Below are positions 26,901 to 38,308 of a DNA stretch of 64,000 bases, in pieces (within the stretch, counting starts at the first letter, position 1; each line of letters opens with the position of its first letter). Source of the stretch: Azolla caroliniana (lineage: Eukaryota > Plantae > Polypodiophyta); assembly GCA_043228905.1 (NCBI GenBank), contig JBHGNT010000002.1, positions 18,600,001 through 18,664,000 on the forward strand, in the 5' to 3' direction. The position numbers were made by a program, and so were the translations under genes. The notes below the pieces were generated by a model. The model was not told the origin of the DNA and made no database searches. It was given only the letters and a program-made list of their open reading frames with translations.

Positions 26901-29900
26901 CTGCATCAACCTAGCAAAACCAACAAACGGAGTGTTGGTATTATGGAAAGTGTTGGGCGAGCAAGCTCAATCGGATCCAGATCGGCTGAATAAGCCAAAG
27001 CCGGATCAGTATCCGGAAGGATGAGCCAGATCGGTATCTGGATGGCATCCGGATGGTATCCAGAAACAACCGGCCGGATCGAGGAGACGGATCAAAGAGC
27101 CGAATTCAAGTGCAAACCAGAAGCCTAGTAGTAGCCTAGACTACTAGGTAATCATTGTCTCGTAGTTAGTGTTAGTTGCTCGTATGATCATTGAAGTACA
27201 TAGTACTTCTGTCAATCCTTTTGAGGACTTGTATAAATAGTGTTGTTTAGCACGTTGTATGTATAGAGTTACAGAGTGTTTTTATTTTTGAATCTACATT
27301 TACGTTCTCCTCTCTCTGTCTCTCCCGCGTATACTCTCTGTGAATTAAGCTTCTCCATTAAACTTTCATCTTATTCTCTGTTGTTATCCGGTTGAGCCGG
27401 TTCTGTCTGACGCTTCCGCACGTTAACATTGACATGGTATCAGAGCGCGAGGGTTGAGAACCTCCACAGCCAACACTTGCTTTCGTAGACGAACCCGATA
27501 ACAACAAACAAACAAAAGATATGGACAGAGTATTGTACTGCCTCGCGTCCTGTGTGCACGACCAAATGCCGACTACATAAAGGATGCAAAGACGTTGAAG
27601 GAGGCCTAGGAAAATCTACGGAAGATTTTTGCCGCGAGTATCACAGCCCGTAAGTTGCAGCTCTAGCAAGAGCTAAACATCCGGCAAAGAGACATGTCGA
27701 TTACGGATTACACAACCAAAGCAAAGGAGATTTGTGACGCACTTGGGTCCATCAACGTGACAATGGACGAAGACGAGAAGGTAGAAATCTGCCTCGATGG
27801 CCTAGCGCAAAGGTACGGGCCAATCCGGACAGCAATCTGCACTCGGGAGAAGCCACCAACTTTCTTCGACTTGCAATCGAAGCTAATGATCAAAAACAAC
27901 CACGCAAGTGGGTCGAGGACCATTCAATCAGACGGCTAGATGCTTTACACGGAAGCAAATTGGCCACATGGACGCAGTTCCGGACCGTCCACAAGCAAGG
28001 GGAGTCAAAGCGGCACCCGTAGCCGGCAAAGAAAAGCCGACACGGAATGTTGGTACTATGGCAAGAAGGGCCACAGGGAAAGCGAGTGGTGGAAGAAGCG
28101 CGCCAATTCGGACAAATCTAGATCCAGCAAAACCAGTCGGGAAAACCAGCAAAGCTCGAACTACGCGGAAGGATCGGAGGGATTTAGAACCGGGAAAATC
28201 GGAAAGGGGTCAACTTTCGTGATGAAGCACAAGGTTAACTCGATGAAGAAGACTACTTCCAAATCGGAGGAAGTATGGTACGTTGGTTCTGGAGCGTCCA
28301 ACCACATGACGAGCCATGAAGACTAGTTCCCTTTTTTGGAAAAACCGGAACAACCAGGGATTGTCGAAACCGGAGACGACACCCCTCACTCAATTGTGCA
28401 TGTCGGAGAATTCCCTTTAAGCCATGTCAAACAAAAGGGGAAGTTAATGAGCGTACTACACGTTCCGACTATCACAAAGAGCCTGGTGTTGGTTGGACAA
28501 ATCATCGACCAAGGGATGTAGGTGCGGGTAATCGCGCAAGGGCACAAAGAAGGGAGGATGTTCATCCTCAACACTAATGACGTCGGCACCACCATGTTTG
28601 CCAAAGGACAGAAGATTGAATCGGACATCGATCTCTAGCATAGGCGGATCGGCCACGTCAACTACCGGAGGCTTCAAGACCTGTAGTCGAAACAAGTTGT
28701 GTTCGGATTGCCGAAATTCAGTGGCCAGAAGGCCCAAATATGTGAAGCCTACCAACTCGGGAAGCAACACCGGCTTCCATTCCCCATCGAACAAAATTGA
28801 AGCCGTAACAAGCTCGATCTAATACATTCGGATGTATGGGGACCGACACAGGACATTAGTCTTGGTGGGAGTCGGTATTTCGTCACCTTCATCGACAACT
28901 ACAGCCGACACACATGGATTTACCTCAATGAGAGGAAGGGCAAAGTCTTTGAATGTTTTTGAAACCTTCAAAACTTAGTTGAACGAGAAACGGAGAGGAA
29001 GATCAAGTGCCTACGATCGGATGGCAGAAAATAATACTTTTCCGGCCAATTCAACAGCTATCTACAGCAGAATGGAATTCAGAGAGAATTCAGCTACAGA
29101 TACACACCGGAGCAAGACGATGTGGCTGAAAGGAAGAACCGGTTGATTGTCGACGCGGCAAGGGCAATGCTGGAGGAGAAAAGCATGCCCCAATTCTACT
29201 CGGCTGAGGCGGTCCGAACGGTTCCGGACGGTCGTCTACATCCAAAACCAAATCAAAGCCGAATTTGAGACACCTTCGGATATTCGGTAGCATAGCAAAT
29301 GTGTATGTACCATATTAGAAGCGGAGGAAGCTGGATCCGAAGTCGGGGAAGTGCATCCTAGTCGGCTACTCACATGATCAAAAGGGGTATAAGTGTTAGA
29401 ACCCCCGGACTAAGCAGGTCCGAGTAAGCCGAGATGTCGAGTTTGATGAGATGTCATCATGGTACTCCCTACCGACTCCAACTGCTGACGAAGACCCAAT
29501 TCCGGAAGATGAGGCTAGTGGCCCCAAGGAGGTCCAGGAAGTAGATGAAGAACTCGGCACTCTAGAAGAGAGTCCGATCTCATTCCGGCTAAGTGGACCG
29601 AATGAGCGGCTGAGTGGTGATGACCAATCGGAAGAAGAACCGGCGAGTAGTGGAGACTCTACCGTGCTCTCCTCGCGCAACGAACCGAGGAGACGGTTCA
29701 CGCGCAAAGAGAAGGGGAAGAAGAAGATGTCAGAATACGATACCGGCAGTGAAGGGTCGGATCAGAGCGAATCCAACTCCGAAAAGGATGAAGGCGGATC
29801 TTTGGGAACGAAGTGCTGACAAGTTACGTCAGTCTTCCTGCCAGAAGAACCCTATTACGCGGTATGGGTACAATGAGTACATGGCCCATCACTATCCGTA

Positions 29901-32900
29901 CATGACCAAAGTGGCGGAAGTGCGTAAGCCGGAGAGCTACGCAGAAGCGGCAAAGGACGCAAATTGGCGTGCCGTTATGGAGGAAGAAATGCGGTCACTC
30001 GATGCCAACGACATATGGGACCTCGTTGACCCTCCCCGACATTGTAAACCAATCGAATGCAAATGGGTGTACAAGGTAAAGTACAATGCCGACAATTTGG
30101 TTAACCGGTACAAGGCCAGGTTAGTGGCGAAGAGATACACACAGACCCACAGAATCGACTATGACGAGACCTTTGCTCCGGTAGCGAAGATGAGGACAGT
30201 TCGTGTGGTACAGGCGGTTGTTGCGGCAAGGGGGTCCGATCTTCACCAAATGGACATGAAGAATGCATTTCTTCAAGGTGACCTTGAAGAAAGGGTCTAA
30301 ATGATCCAACCTCCCGGTTTTCAGTCGGAGATGAACAAGTCGGCGGTGTGCCGGCTTAAGAAGTCGCTTTACGGTCTGAAACAAGCCCCTCGGGCTTGGA
30401 ATGCGAAGATCACGCACCAGTTGCGTAAGATGGGGTTTGTGACCTCTAAATCCGACTCATCGTTGTTCATCCGGCAAGGTCCAGACGGTTCGGTTTGCAT
30501 CTTACTTTATGTAGATGATTTAGTCATCACCGAACCCAGACTCAATGAAATCGGTTGTGTCAAGGACCAGCTGTCAAATGCATTTGAGATGAAGGATCTG
30601 GGGGACCTTCATTATTTCCTTGGGATCGATGCTCACCATTTTATTTGGAACAATGCTTGAAAAGAAATAAATAAATATTGGAAAGAGATCTAGAAGTATT
30701 GCAGCACTAGAAAAATGGCAAAGAACTTCAATAAGATACACTACAATGGTAGAGATCTCTCCAACCGCAGTAGTGTTGCAACCATGGGAGGCAAAATGTG
30801 TTGACACTTGTGCCATATATGCATCAATTATGGGACAATGGGTTTCATGTTTAGGATGTTTCAATATGGATTGATGATGGAGGATGCTTGGAAAAGACAT
30901 GGATCAATATGAAATGGAACACAATAATAGGATCCAAAACCTACATATCAATTGGAATGTGGGTGAATAGACAACGTTGGGACCATATGCCCGTTATCGA
31001 GTTAACATAGAGTGAGTGTGTAGTGACCAATGCCACCATACAATAACATGTGGCCTAATAAAAAAGGGTTTATTAAATAAATCATCTAGGTACATAGCAT
31101 GTATAAATAGAAATAATCGATATTATGCAAAGATCTATTTACATAAGTTTATGATCAATTATGACAGGAGAAAACTTTTAAAAACGCATAACTGTAATGA
31201 GATGCTAGAACACGTGTAAAGAGCCACAAGCTGCTAGACATTAGCATGTTGTCTGGTTCTACCTAATGTTATGAGAATAGTCACAAGGTAACTTGAATGC
31301 ATAGACAAAGTTCGTAGTGGCATGTTTTGTAGAGAGAATCCTAAAGAAGCACACATTTACGGCCTACCTTTTTGCATATTTCTTTGTTGATAAAGGGGGT
31401 TCCCACCCTAGTCATCCTCAAAAGGTCCACACCAATTATTAGGTGTATTGGGTTCTATTTAAATCTAGTACTAACTTCCTTTTCATTGGGTTAGCTTCTC
31501 GTGTTCTTAATTTTTTATGTTCCATTATTCTATCTATGTTTCATCCTAGATCTAGTGTCAACAACCTAGGTAGTTCCATAATCCCCTTGGCACATGATGG
31601 CACACAACTATGAAATGAGGTTCTATCATATTTCAATATGGACAACAGTTTGAGGTAGACAATATCCTAGAACCTGGACAAGTGAGGCAACAACTTCATT
31701 ATCTCGTGTCATTGGAAGCACTCCTCTATCCATAGACTCATCGAACCAACCAAGCTCCCTACATCTTGCAAGTTTTCCACCATTGTAATCCCCACAAATC
31801 TACTCACCCCAAAAGTTAGCAATAAAGGAAAGGATAATATCACAACCAACATGACGCTAGCCATTCACTTGTAATAGTTATATTGGTTAGCATATTTTAT
31901 AGTTCCACCTAATTTTATAAGAATGGTTACAAGATGACTTTTATGCATAGGCAAAGTTAGAGAATTGCAGGTTCACGCTCATTTACTTCAATATATTTTG
32001 CATACTTGGTTGAGGTAAATAAAGGGTTCCCAATATACTCGTCCTCAATAAGGTCAAGTTTCTATCTTCCTTTTCATAAGTCTAGTCCCATGTTCCTATT
32101 CATTGCTCATTGCTTCTTCTTTTTTCTCTTATCTATGTCCAATTACCTATTGTTGATCGTCTCCATATATGATTTGTTGAAGCCTTACCAAAATTTGTAA
32201 GTAATATACATGCATCCCTTACACGGGAATTGAGTATATACACACACATATATATTACATCCATGCATTACATTGCATCCGTAATAATTAAAATCAATGT
32301 AGAGCCACATAGCAAGACACACTAGGAGCCAGGTTTAACAACTAGATAGATGAGAGGGAGTTTTTCCATGTTTGCCTGTCATTTCGTTGGCCAGAGAGAT
32401 CAAGGCTATGAAGATCTACCATTTTGTTTGTTTAAACCATTGCCAGCTTTACCAACGGTATCATATAGAGCTTTACCAATGGTATCATTGGAGAACAGAT
32501 TGCCAGAGTGGTGGACTACATAGAGGAGGAAGAGAAAGCACAGATTAACCGGTTGCTAGTCACAACCGGAGAACTAGAGACGGCCCGGTCGAGGATCCGG
32601 AGCCTTGAACAAGACTTGGACTTGGCCACAGAAGAATTGGCCTAAATGGCCTTAACTAGACCACAGATCTAAGCACCGGTGACTCCGGTAGATGTACAGA
32701 ATAAAGACACACCAGCACCTGTACATAATAATAAGACCTCGGAGACGGAACCAATCCCGGAGACAGTGGCAGCGCAAGCAAGAGAGCTTGCTGATTTGAA
32801 AGATGAATTGGCCGCACAAGAAGCATTATGCACCCGAGAAAGGGACTTGAAGAAAGCGGCAAAAGAAGAACAAAGGAAGACTACTGAGAACCTTCACCGA

Positions 32901-35900
32901 GCAGAAGAGAATCTGCGAAAAGGACATCAGGCATATGACCGGCTTAAGGAGGAGAAAGAGAAAGTGTTGCAAGAAAAGGATCAGCTGCAACGGATGGCGG
33001 AAATGGAGATTGAAAGACTTAAAGAAGAACTCCATCAACAAAAAGATCAGGAAGACCGCGCTCGCCGGCAACTCAACCAGAAGCTGAAGCAAAAGACCGA
33101 TGATTTTGAGCACCTGCACCGGGACTATAAGCACCTGGATACGGAGCATTAGAAGCAGCAGGAGAAGATGGTAGAGTTCCGACAGGAAGTTCATCAAGCT
33201 GAGACGACGCTAGCTGAAGAACGGGCTGAAAGAACAAAGCTACTGAAGGAAGCTGCGCAGGAACAAATGGAGCTCCATAAACAGCATTATGAAGAAAAGG
33301 AAAGAGCGACAATGGTATTGTAGAGGTTGCAGACCACCTACCAAAACCAATTGTCACATTACCGGGAGCAGGAGGCGGACACGGTGACGCTGATCAAGCA
33401 ATTGAAGGAAGAACGGCAAGCCGCGGAGGACAAATCGAAGATGGGACTTGAGCGGATCCAGTTCATTGTCCACGCATGGAGGAACAAGACAAAACGCTCG
33501 ATTGACGAAAGCTCCGCACAATGTGGGACAAATGGGCAAAGCACACAGCCGAGCTCTAGTTGCTAAGGGCGGACGCGGAAAACCAACAGAAGGATGGCGG
33601 CGACTGCTACATGCTAACATAGGAGGACTTCACCGCCGTAAGAGATGAGTTAGCAGAAGACTTTGTAACTCTGGCGAAGGAATAGTCAGCTGTGGTCCAA
33701 CAATTGGTAGCGCAACTGGATGATGATCGACTGGATGCTCAAATCCAGTTTGGAAGCTATGAGCGGACCAGACTACGGCAAGAAGGAGCAAAGCAGGCGG
33801 CGACCGTCAACCTCAGCGATGAGGAGCCATCGCTGGTGCAAGGACCGGACGAAGATAAGGCCGGGGCGAGTCAACCAGAGTCAAATCCGGCCGAGTAGCT
33901 GACGGAGGAATCACCGCCACAACCGCTAGTACCAAGAGCCGAACAGACGCCATCCAAGGAGCATCAGTCGGAGGAGCCGGAGCCAAAGCCACAGCAGCCA
34001 CAGCAACAACAGATTTCCGAAGAACCATTGGATACCCTGGAGCAGAGTATTCTAGATATCTTGGACGAAGGCTAAGGGCCGGATAGTGGGATTCGACGTA
34101 CAAGGTACTGTCCCACGGGCGTGCCATGTGTTACCCGGCCAGCAAAGGAGTTAAAGACCAGAATGTGAAAGGGATTGTTTATTCGGAATAGATTATAATT
34201 AAGTAGTTTATGAGACGTGAGCAGACGGACCGGAATCGGTATGCCGATCCGGATCCGGACCGGTTCCGAACAGGTGTCGGGTGGCACCGTTTTGTACTCA
34301 GCACCGGTGACCTATATAAAGGCCCGGTTACAATGTAAAACTTTGACGGATAATTAATGGAGCTTCTTGTTTTATCTTTAAGTGTTGATTACCGTTCTGT
34401 ACTAATTGTTCTATCCTACGCGTGTATCAAGTCTAATGCCATATTGCTAAGTAACCAATTAAGTTTGCTTAATCGTGTGTCTTAAGTTATCTCACCGTAA
34501 CACCCCTTTGGTGAAGTATCTCCCAAAGACACCCTATGTTAGGACATTGTCCGGCCCTAAGAATTAACAATATAAAGAGGATGTACCCACTACTGGGAAC
34601 ATCAAAATTGTACGATATATACATCCGAAAATGGTATAATTTATAGAGTAAAAACTTGAAACAATCAGTTATAAACTGGTTTTGGTCTCAATTATGGGGA
34701 ACGGGAGTTTTTTGCTTCATTAGCACGGGAGTCTACTTAAAATTCAGATCACACAACACTTGACAGTTAATTAATTACTCTCCTATACCCTGATGAAATA
34801 AGGAGTCGAATTTCAAAGCAGAGAGAACGCCAATCGAAGTCAAAACGAGGAGGTCGGCCGCGGCACGAAGCCAAAGTAAAGTGCAAAACAAAAGCGAAGA
34901 AAAAGTGAACTTCAAAAACAAATATTCGGAACTTTTCAGACTGGATTCGTATTAAATAAAATTCAAGGCCCACCTTATAGTGTTATTCTGTTCTATTGAG
35001 AGACCTCACGCATTGTATCCTCAAGCCCAAAAAAAAAAAAAAGCTTGACGCTTTTATATATTTATCTTGCTTTTTCACATACATACTTATGAACATTGAT
35101 CAAACGACCCAACACACATTCCCTCATCTTCTTCGATGCCACCACTGACATCATTTAACTAACTACACCATAGATTGTCAACAAGTTCAATGAATAAGAA
35201 TCATCAAAGTTCTATAGGTTCATCATAATGGTCATATGCCTGAATATATAATTATGGTACAGGTCATTCCAGATTGAAACCTGCTGCTTATACCAAGAAG
35301 CATCAGAGTGAACGGATAGAAGTCCAAACCACATACTTTTCCCTAAAGTCTAGCACTCTAGCCTAGTGCACGCAAGGCATTACGGCTAACAAATGGTGGG
35401 TTGTACTAATGGTTGACCTCCTTCCATCATCATGATTAAATTCTTAAGATCATACAAACATAAAGATTTTGCTCACATTCAAGGATTGTTGATAAAGATC
35501 ATACTGAGGATATACGTTAATTACAACGCATTGGAGCAACCATATACCTAACATCAGTCAGTGGGTGGATCTAACAGTTAATCCACCATGCAAACTTAGT
35601 TTAACTTAGCTGTCACAATTACACATAGCATATACATTATTTTAAGTTTCACCAACCTCAGACCTAAAATTGTGGTGGGCTGCGCTAATTGTCTATTGTA
35701 ACTTAACAGAAAAACTGCATTCCAAAGTCCAACAATCGTACATGGGCTAGCATATTGTAGGTTCACGTGCTGATGGTTGATTGGTAATGCATCAATCTGT
35801 AAACTAGGATTCATTTCCAGAACTCTTCCATTGCATACGCCATTCTAGTCAATATCCTCAGCAAAATGTAGAAGCTAAAACTGCATTAAAAATGCTGGGA

Positions 35901-37958
35901 ACAACACTAACGATCCAGTACTTGACTAGCGTTTTGCAATATGGTGAGTACGTGTGGGCATGTGCTAATCATATTATCTCTTTGTATAGGGATGTCTCAC
36001 AATCGTGAAGACATACGACCAGGTTTAAAAGATAGGGTTGTTAAGAAAGTTTCCGAAACTAAAACCTGAAATGCTTAGCTTAACGAGTGCAATCAGGATT
36101 GTCTAGGAAACCATGCCTGAGATTGTCATCATTTTTATGTTCATACTTCATAGTACTCAGGCAGTTCACACATACAGATTGGCAGATCATATTGGAGCAC
36201 GTTTGATCGAAGAAGAATCAAAACGTGTTCTCAAGTTGCATTCAAAGCAATCAATGCCCCACTTGCTCATCAAGGAAGCTATAAAAGCATGGAGGGTTGG
36301 CTAATGCAGGATAACATATGATCCAGGCAGGGGGAGAGACACAGAGTGAAGAAAGAGAGATTAGCAAACGAGTTAGACAAACTATTAGAGGAGGCCTTTA
36401 CTTTTGTTTTAGATGATACTACTCACGATAATCTTTCGAAAGTAGGCAGCGAGAGGTAATGTGAAGAACTTACTTGTCAATCAATATAACCCCCAAACCT
36501 ACGCCAATGAAGCAGCCAGACCCCCGTGCCATCATCGCATTTGAAGAGAGCATCAATATGAAGCCAGCATCACAGAGAATCAAAAGAACTAGGGTTCCAA
36601 TAGGGTATGTATGAAGTTCAGGATGGAGGCACATGCTGAATGGCCCAATATCCCCTCCACCTACCTGTCAAATACATAGCTAACTCTTTACGAACAAGTT
36701 TCTCTGCCTCTAGAGTTTTGTTCTTCCAATGAAGCCGAGATGATTAACCTATTGGCGTCTTAGAAGACGATGAATAAATACACCACAATCTGAATATTTC
36801 AGTTTCAATGATCCTTAGAAGAAGCGTCTTGTGATATGATAGGGTTTCGGGTAGTGGCATGTACATAAATCTTTGGCTATCACCCTCCCTCCCTCCCTCC
36901 CTCCCTCCCTCCCTCCCTGAAGCATAGTGATGACAATATGACAAGCCCAATCTTGGAGTCCACGATTGATTCTACTAATGTAGGGCAAGTTGGCAAATAC
37001 GGTGGTGGGTATGAATGATCCAGAACCAAGGACTGAATCCAATCATCTGTTCTGTGGAGAGATGCAATAACACACAACAACCATGGTCTAGTCAACATGA
37101 TGGTGGATGTTCAAGCTGGTCAGTCTCCTTCTCCCACCTGCTGGTGAATCGATTATCCACGATGTGCCTGCCACAAGCACACTAAACAAAATGGCGGCAT
37201 GATCGGCAGTCAAGCACGATTCAGAGTTGGTTCCTAATATGAAGCAAGACCCCAAGGATGGAAGTCGTCTGAGTAATAAAGAAAGATCACAGCCAGGTAG
37301 GCTTAAGTCAAGCACAGGTGAAGATGAGTGGGATCTATCGTTTCCATTAAATGAACGCGCGCAAAAGATAGATTAAGAAGGTCAAAGTCAAGACGAGGAC
37401 TCACAGGATGAAGAGGCGGGACCGGCAGCTGGAGCTGGCAATCAAGGGAGACAGACTGCAGCAGGTCACTTGCAGGTTCTGGTCGACTTTGACAGAAGTA
37501 GCGCTGAACAATATCTTCCAAGCTGCTGCAAAGAAAGAAAGAAAGAAGTCGTGACTATTAGTATGATTGGCACACACACGAAGTATCAGTATGTTGAAGA
37601 AGATGGGGGAGGGGAGTGGAGTGATTAGGTGCGGCTAGATCACTGCAGGTAGAGGAAAATGAGCTTTTATGAAGAAACGAATGGATGGATGGATTGAGCA
37701 ATGAAGAAGAAGATGAAGAAGAGTAATGGATGGATGGAATGGATGGATGGATGTATGGAAGTATGGAAGGAGATACCGGGGATTGGCGAAGTGGTAGAAC
37801 TTGCCGGAGCTGGAGGAGATGACGAGGGCCACGTCGGCGTCGCAGAGGACGGAGAGCTCACGTGCCTTCTTCACCAGCCCCACGCGCCGCTTACAGAAGG
37901 TCACGTGTCGGGTACTGTCATTCTCGATGCGCTTTATCTCTATCTTGCATCGCCCCAT
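17719..37958 (-). CDS. MIKC(C)-type MADS-box transcription factor, whole gene span (7 coding exons, ~257-276 aa)
   Basis: Exons of 182/121/74/106/42/42/>=203 nt with GT-AG boundaries join into one frame in M-I-K-C domain order. The two 42-nt K exons and the 182-nt MADS exon match canonical MIKC(C) architecture. Confidence 0.93.
18187..18228 (-). CDS. MADS gene exon 6 (42 nt, K3)
   Basis: gggcag|[14 protein letters not shown]|GTGAGA; typical L.qEN..L motif. Confidence 0.92.
18337..18378 (-). CDS. MADS gene exon 5 (42 nt)
   Basis: attag|[14 protein letters not shown]|GTTAGT; canonical 42-nt exon. Confidence 0.9.
18660..18765 (-). CDS. MADS gene exon 4 (K2)
   Basis: tttgcag|(R)[35 protein letters not shown]|GTAACA; K-box pattern GE..L..L...L..LE...GL..I. 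Confidence 0.92.
19371..19444 (-). CDS. MADS gene exon 3 (K1 helix)
   Basis: [24 protein letters not shown](R), donor CAAAG|GTATAT. An alternative in-frame acceptor would start the exon at 19420. Confidence 0.78.
19701..19710. promoter_or_regulatory. CArG-box consensus in MADS intron 2
   Basis: CCTTTTAAGG = CC(A/T)6GG; function unproven. Confidence 0.3.
20340..21900 (-). mobile_element. Old degenerate Ty1/copia pol relic in intron 2
   Basis: Integrase [34 protein letters not shown]; boundaries approximate. Confidence 0.7.
22377..23214 (-). mobile_element. TRIM-like mini LTR element (LTRs 22377-22537 and ~23066-23214, gypsy integrase remnant)
   Basis: Two ~150-160 bp TG..CA direct repeats; minus-strand PPT GGGGGAAA; integrase [27 protein letters not shown]; TSD CAAG/CAAG. 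Confidence 0.9.
26050..26950 (+). mobile_element. Ty1/copia 5' fragment (LTR 26050-26341, PBS at 26342, degenerate gag) interrupted by a younger copia
   Basis: TGTTGAG...TTACA|TGGTATCAGAG; the gag ends at the zinc-knuckle start CWYYGK, exactly where the next LTR begins. Confidence 0.8.
26951..30628 (+). mobile_element. Ty1/copia (5' LTR 26951-27434, PBS 27435-27446, gag-PR-IN-RT), 3' truncated
   Basis: [68 protein letters not shown]; scattered stop codons. Confidence 0.95.
32450..34569 (+). mobile_element. LTR retroelement 3' part: coiled-coil accessory ORF and 3' LTR (34129-34569)
   Basis: Long Glu/Lys/Gln heptad ORF broken by stops (32679-33898); LTR TGTTA...TAACA containing CCTATATAAA at 34311. 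Confidence 0.72.
34845..34980. repeat. Unclassified dispersed repeat, related copy at ~3880-4010
   Basis: Shared AAAAGC(G/A)AAGAAAAAGTGAA(C/T)TTCAAAA ... AAA(T)(T/A)CAAGGCC.A.CTTAT. Confidence 0.6.
36883..36918. repeat. (CCCT)9 microsatellite, (GGGA)n on the MADS sense strand
   Basis: Seen directly. Confidence 0.95.
37405..37525 (-). CDS. MADS gene exon 2 (I domain)
   Basis: Acceptor tttctttgCAG|CAG, reads (R)[18 protein letters not shown]...LHP, donor CCT|GTGAGT in phase 0. Confidence 0.85.
37777..37958 (-). CDS. MADS gene exon 1 (MADS domain)
   Basis: [60 protein letters not shown]; 182 nt, ends CCCCG|GTATCT. Confidence 0.95.
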
Positions 37959-37974
37959 CCCGACCGACCCTCCC

Positions 37975-38269
37975 TCTTCTTCTTCTTCTTCTTCTTCTTC
38001 TTCTTCTTCTTCTTCCGCTTCTTCTTCTCTCTGCGCAGCAGGAGCAGGCTGTGTCACACTCTGTCTGTGTGTGTGTGTGTGTGTGTGTGTCCCTCCTGCA
38101 GCCGCAGGCAAAGAAAAGGACGATCAAAGCAGCAACAATGAAATGAAGGCCCGGGAACGAAAGAGACGGACGGACGGGACGGTCTATGAGAGACCACCAG
38201 AATGTGTGTGCCTTTTAAAAAAGAACAAATGTGTATTTTAAAATTCGATTATTATTATCTTATATGTTC

Positions 38270-38305
<36 letters not shown>
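37975..38305. repeat. Microsatellite cluster in the MADS 5' UTR/proximal promoter: (TTC)n, (GT)n, (TG)n
   Basis: Seen directly at ~37975-38025, ~38066-38090 and ~38272-38305. Confidence 0.95.

Positions 38306-38308
<3 letters not shown>

Noticed and set aside
36500-36600. Minus-strand [14 protein letters not shown] resembling the MADS LCDA motif inside intron 2
   Set aside because: Only about four residues match and there is no flanking MADS similarity; treated as chance.
37959-38111. In-frame N-terminal extension (poly-E, TH repeats) in ORF 37635-38111
   Set aside because: It starts at a non-ATG codon and is made of 5' UTR microsatellites; MGR is the canonical MADS start.
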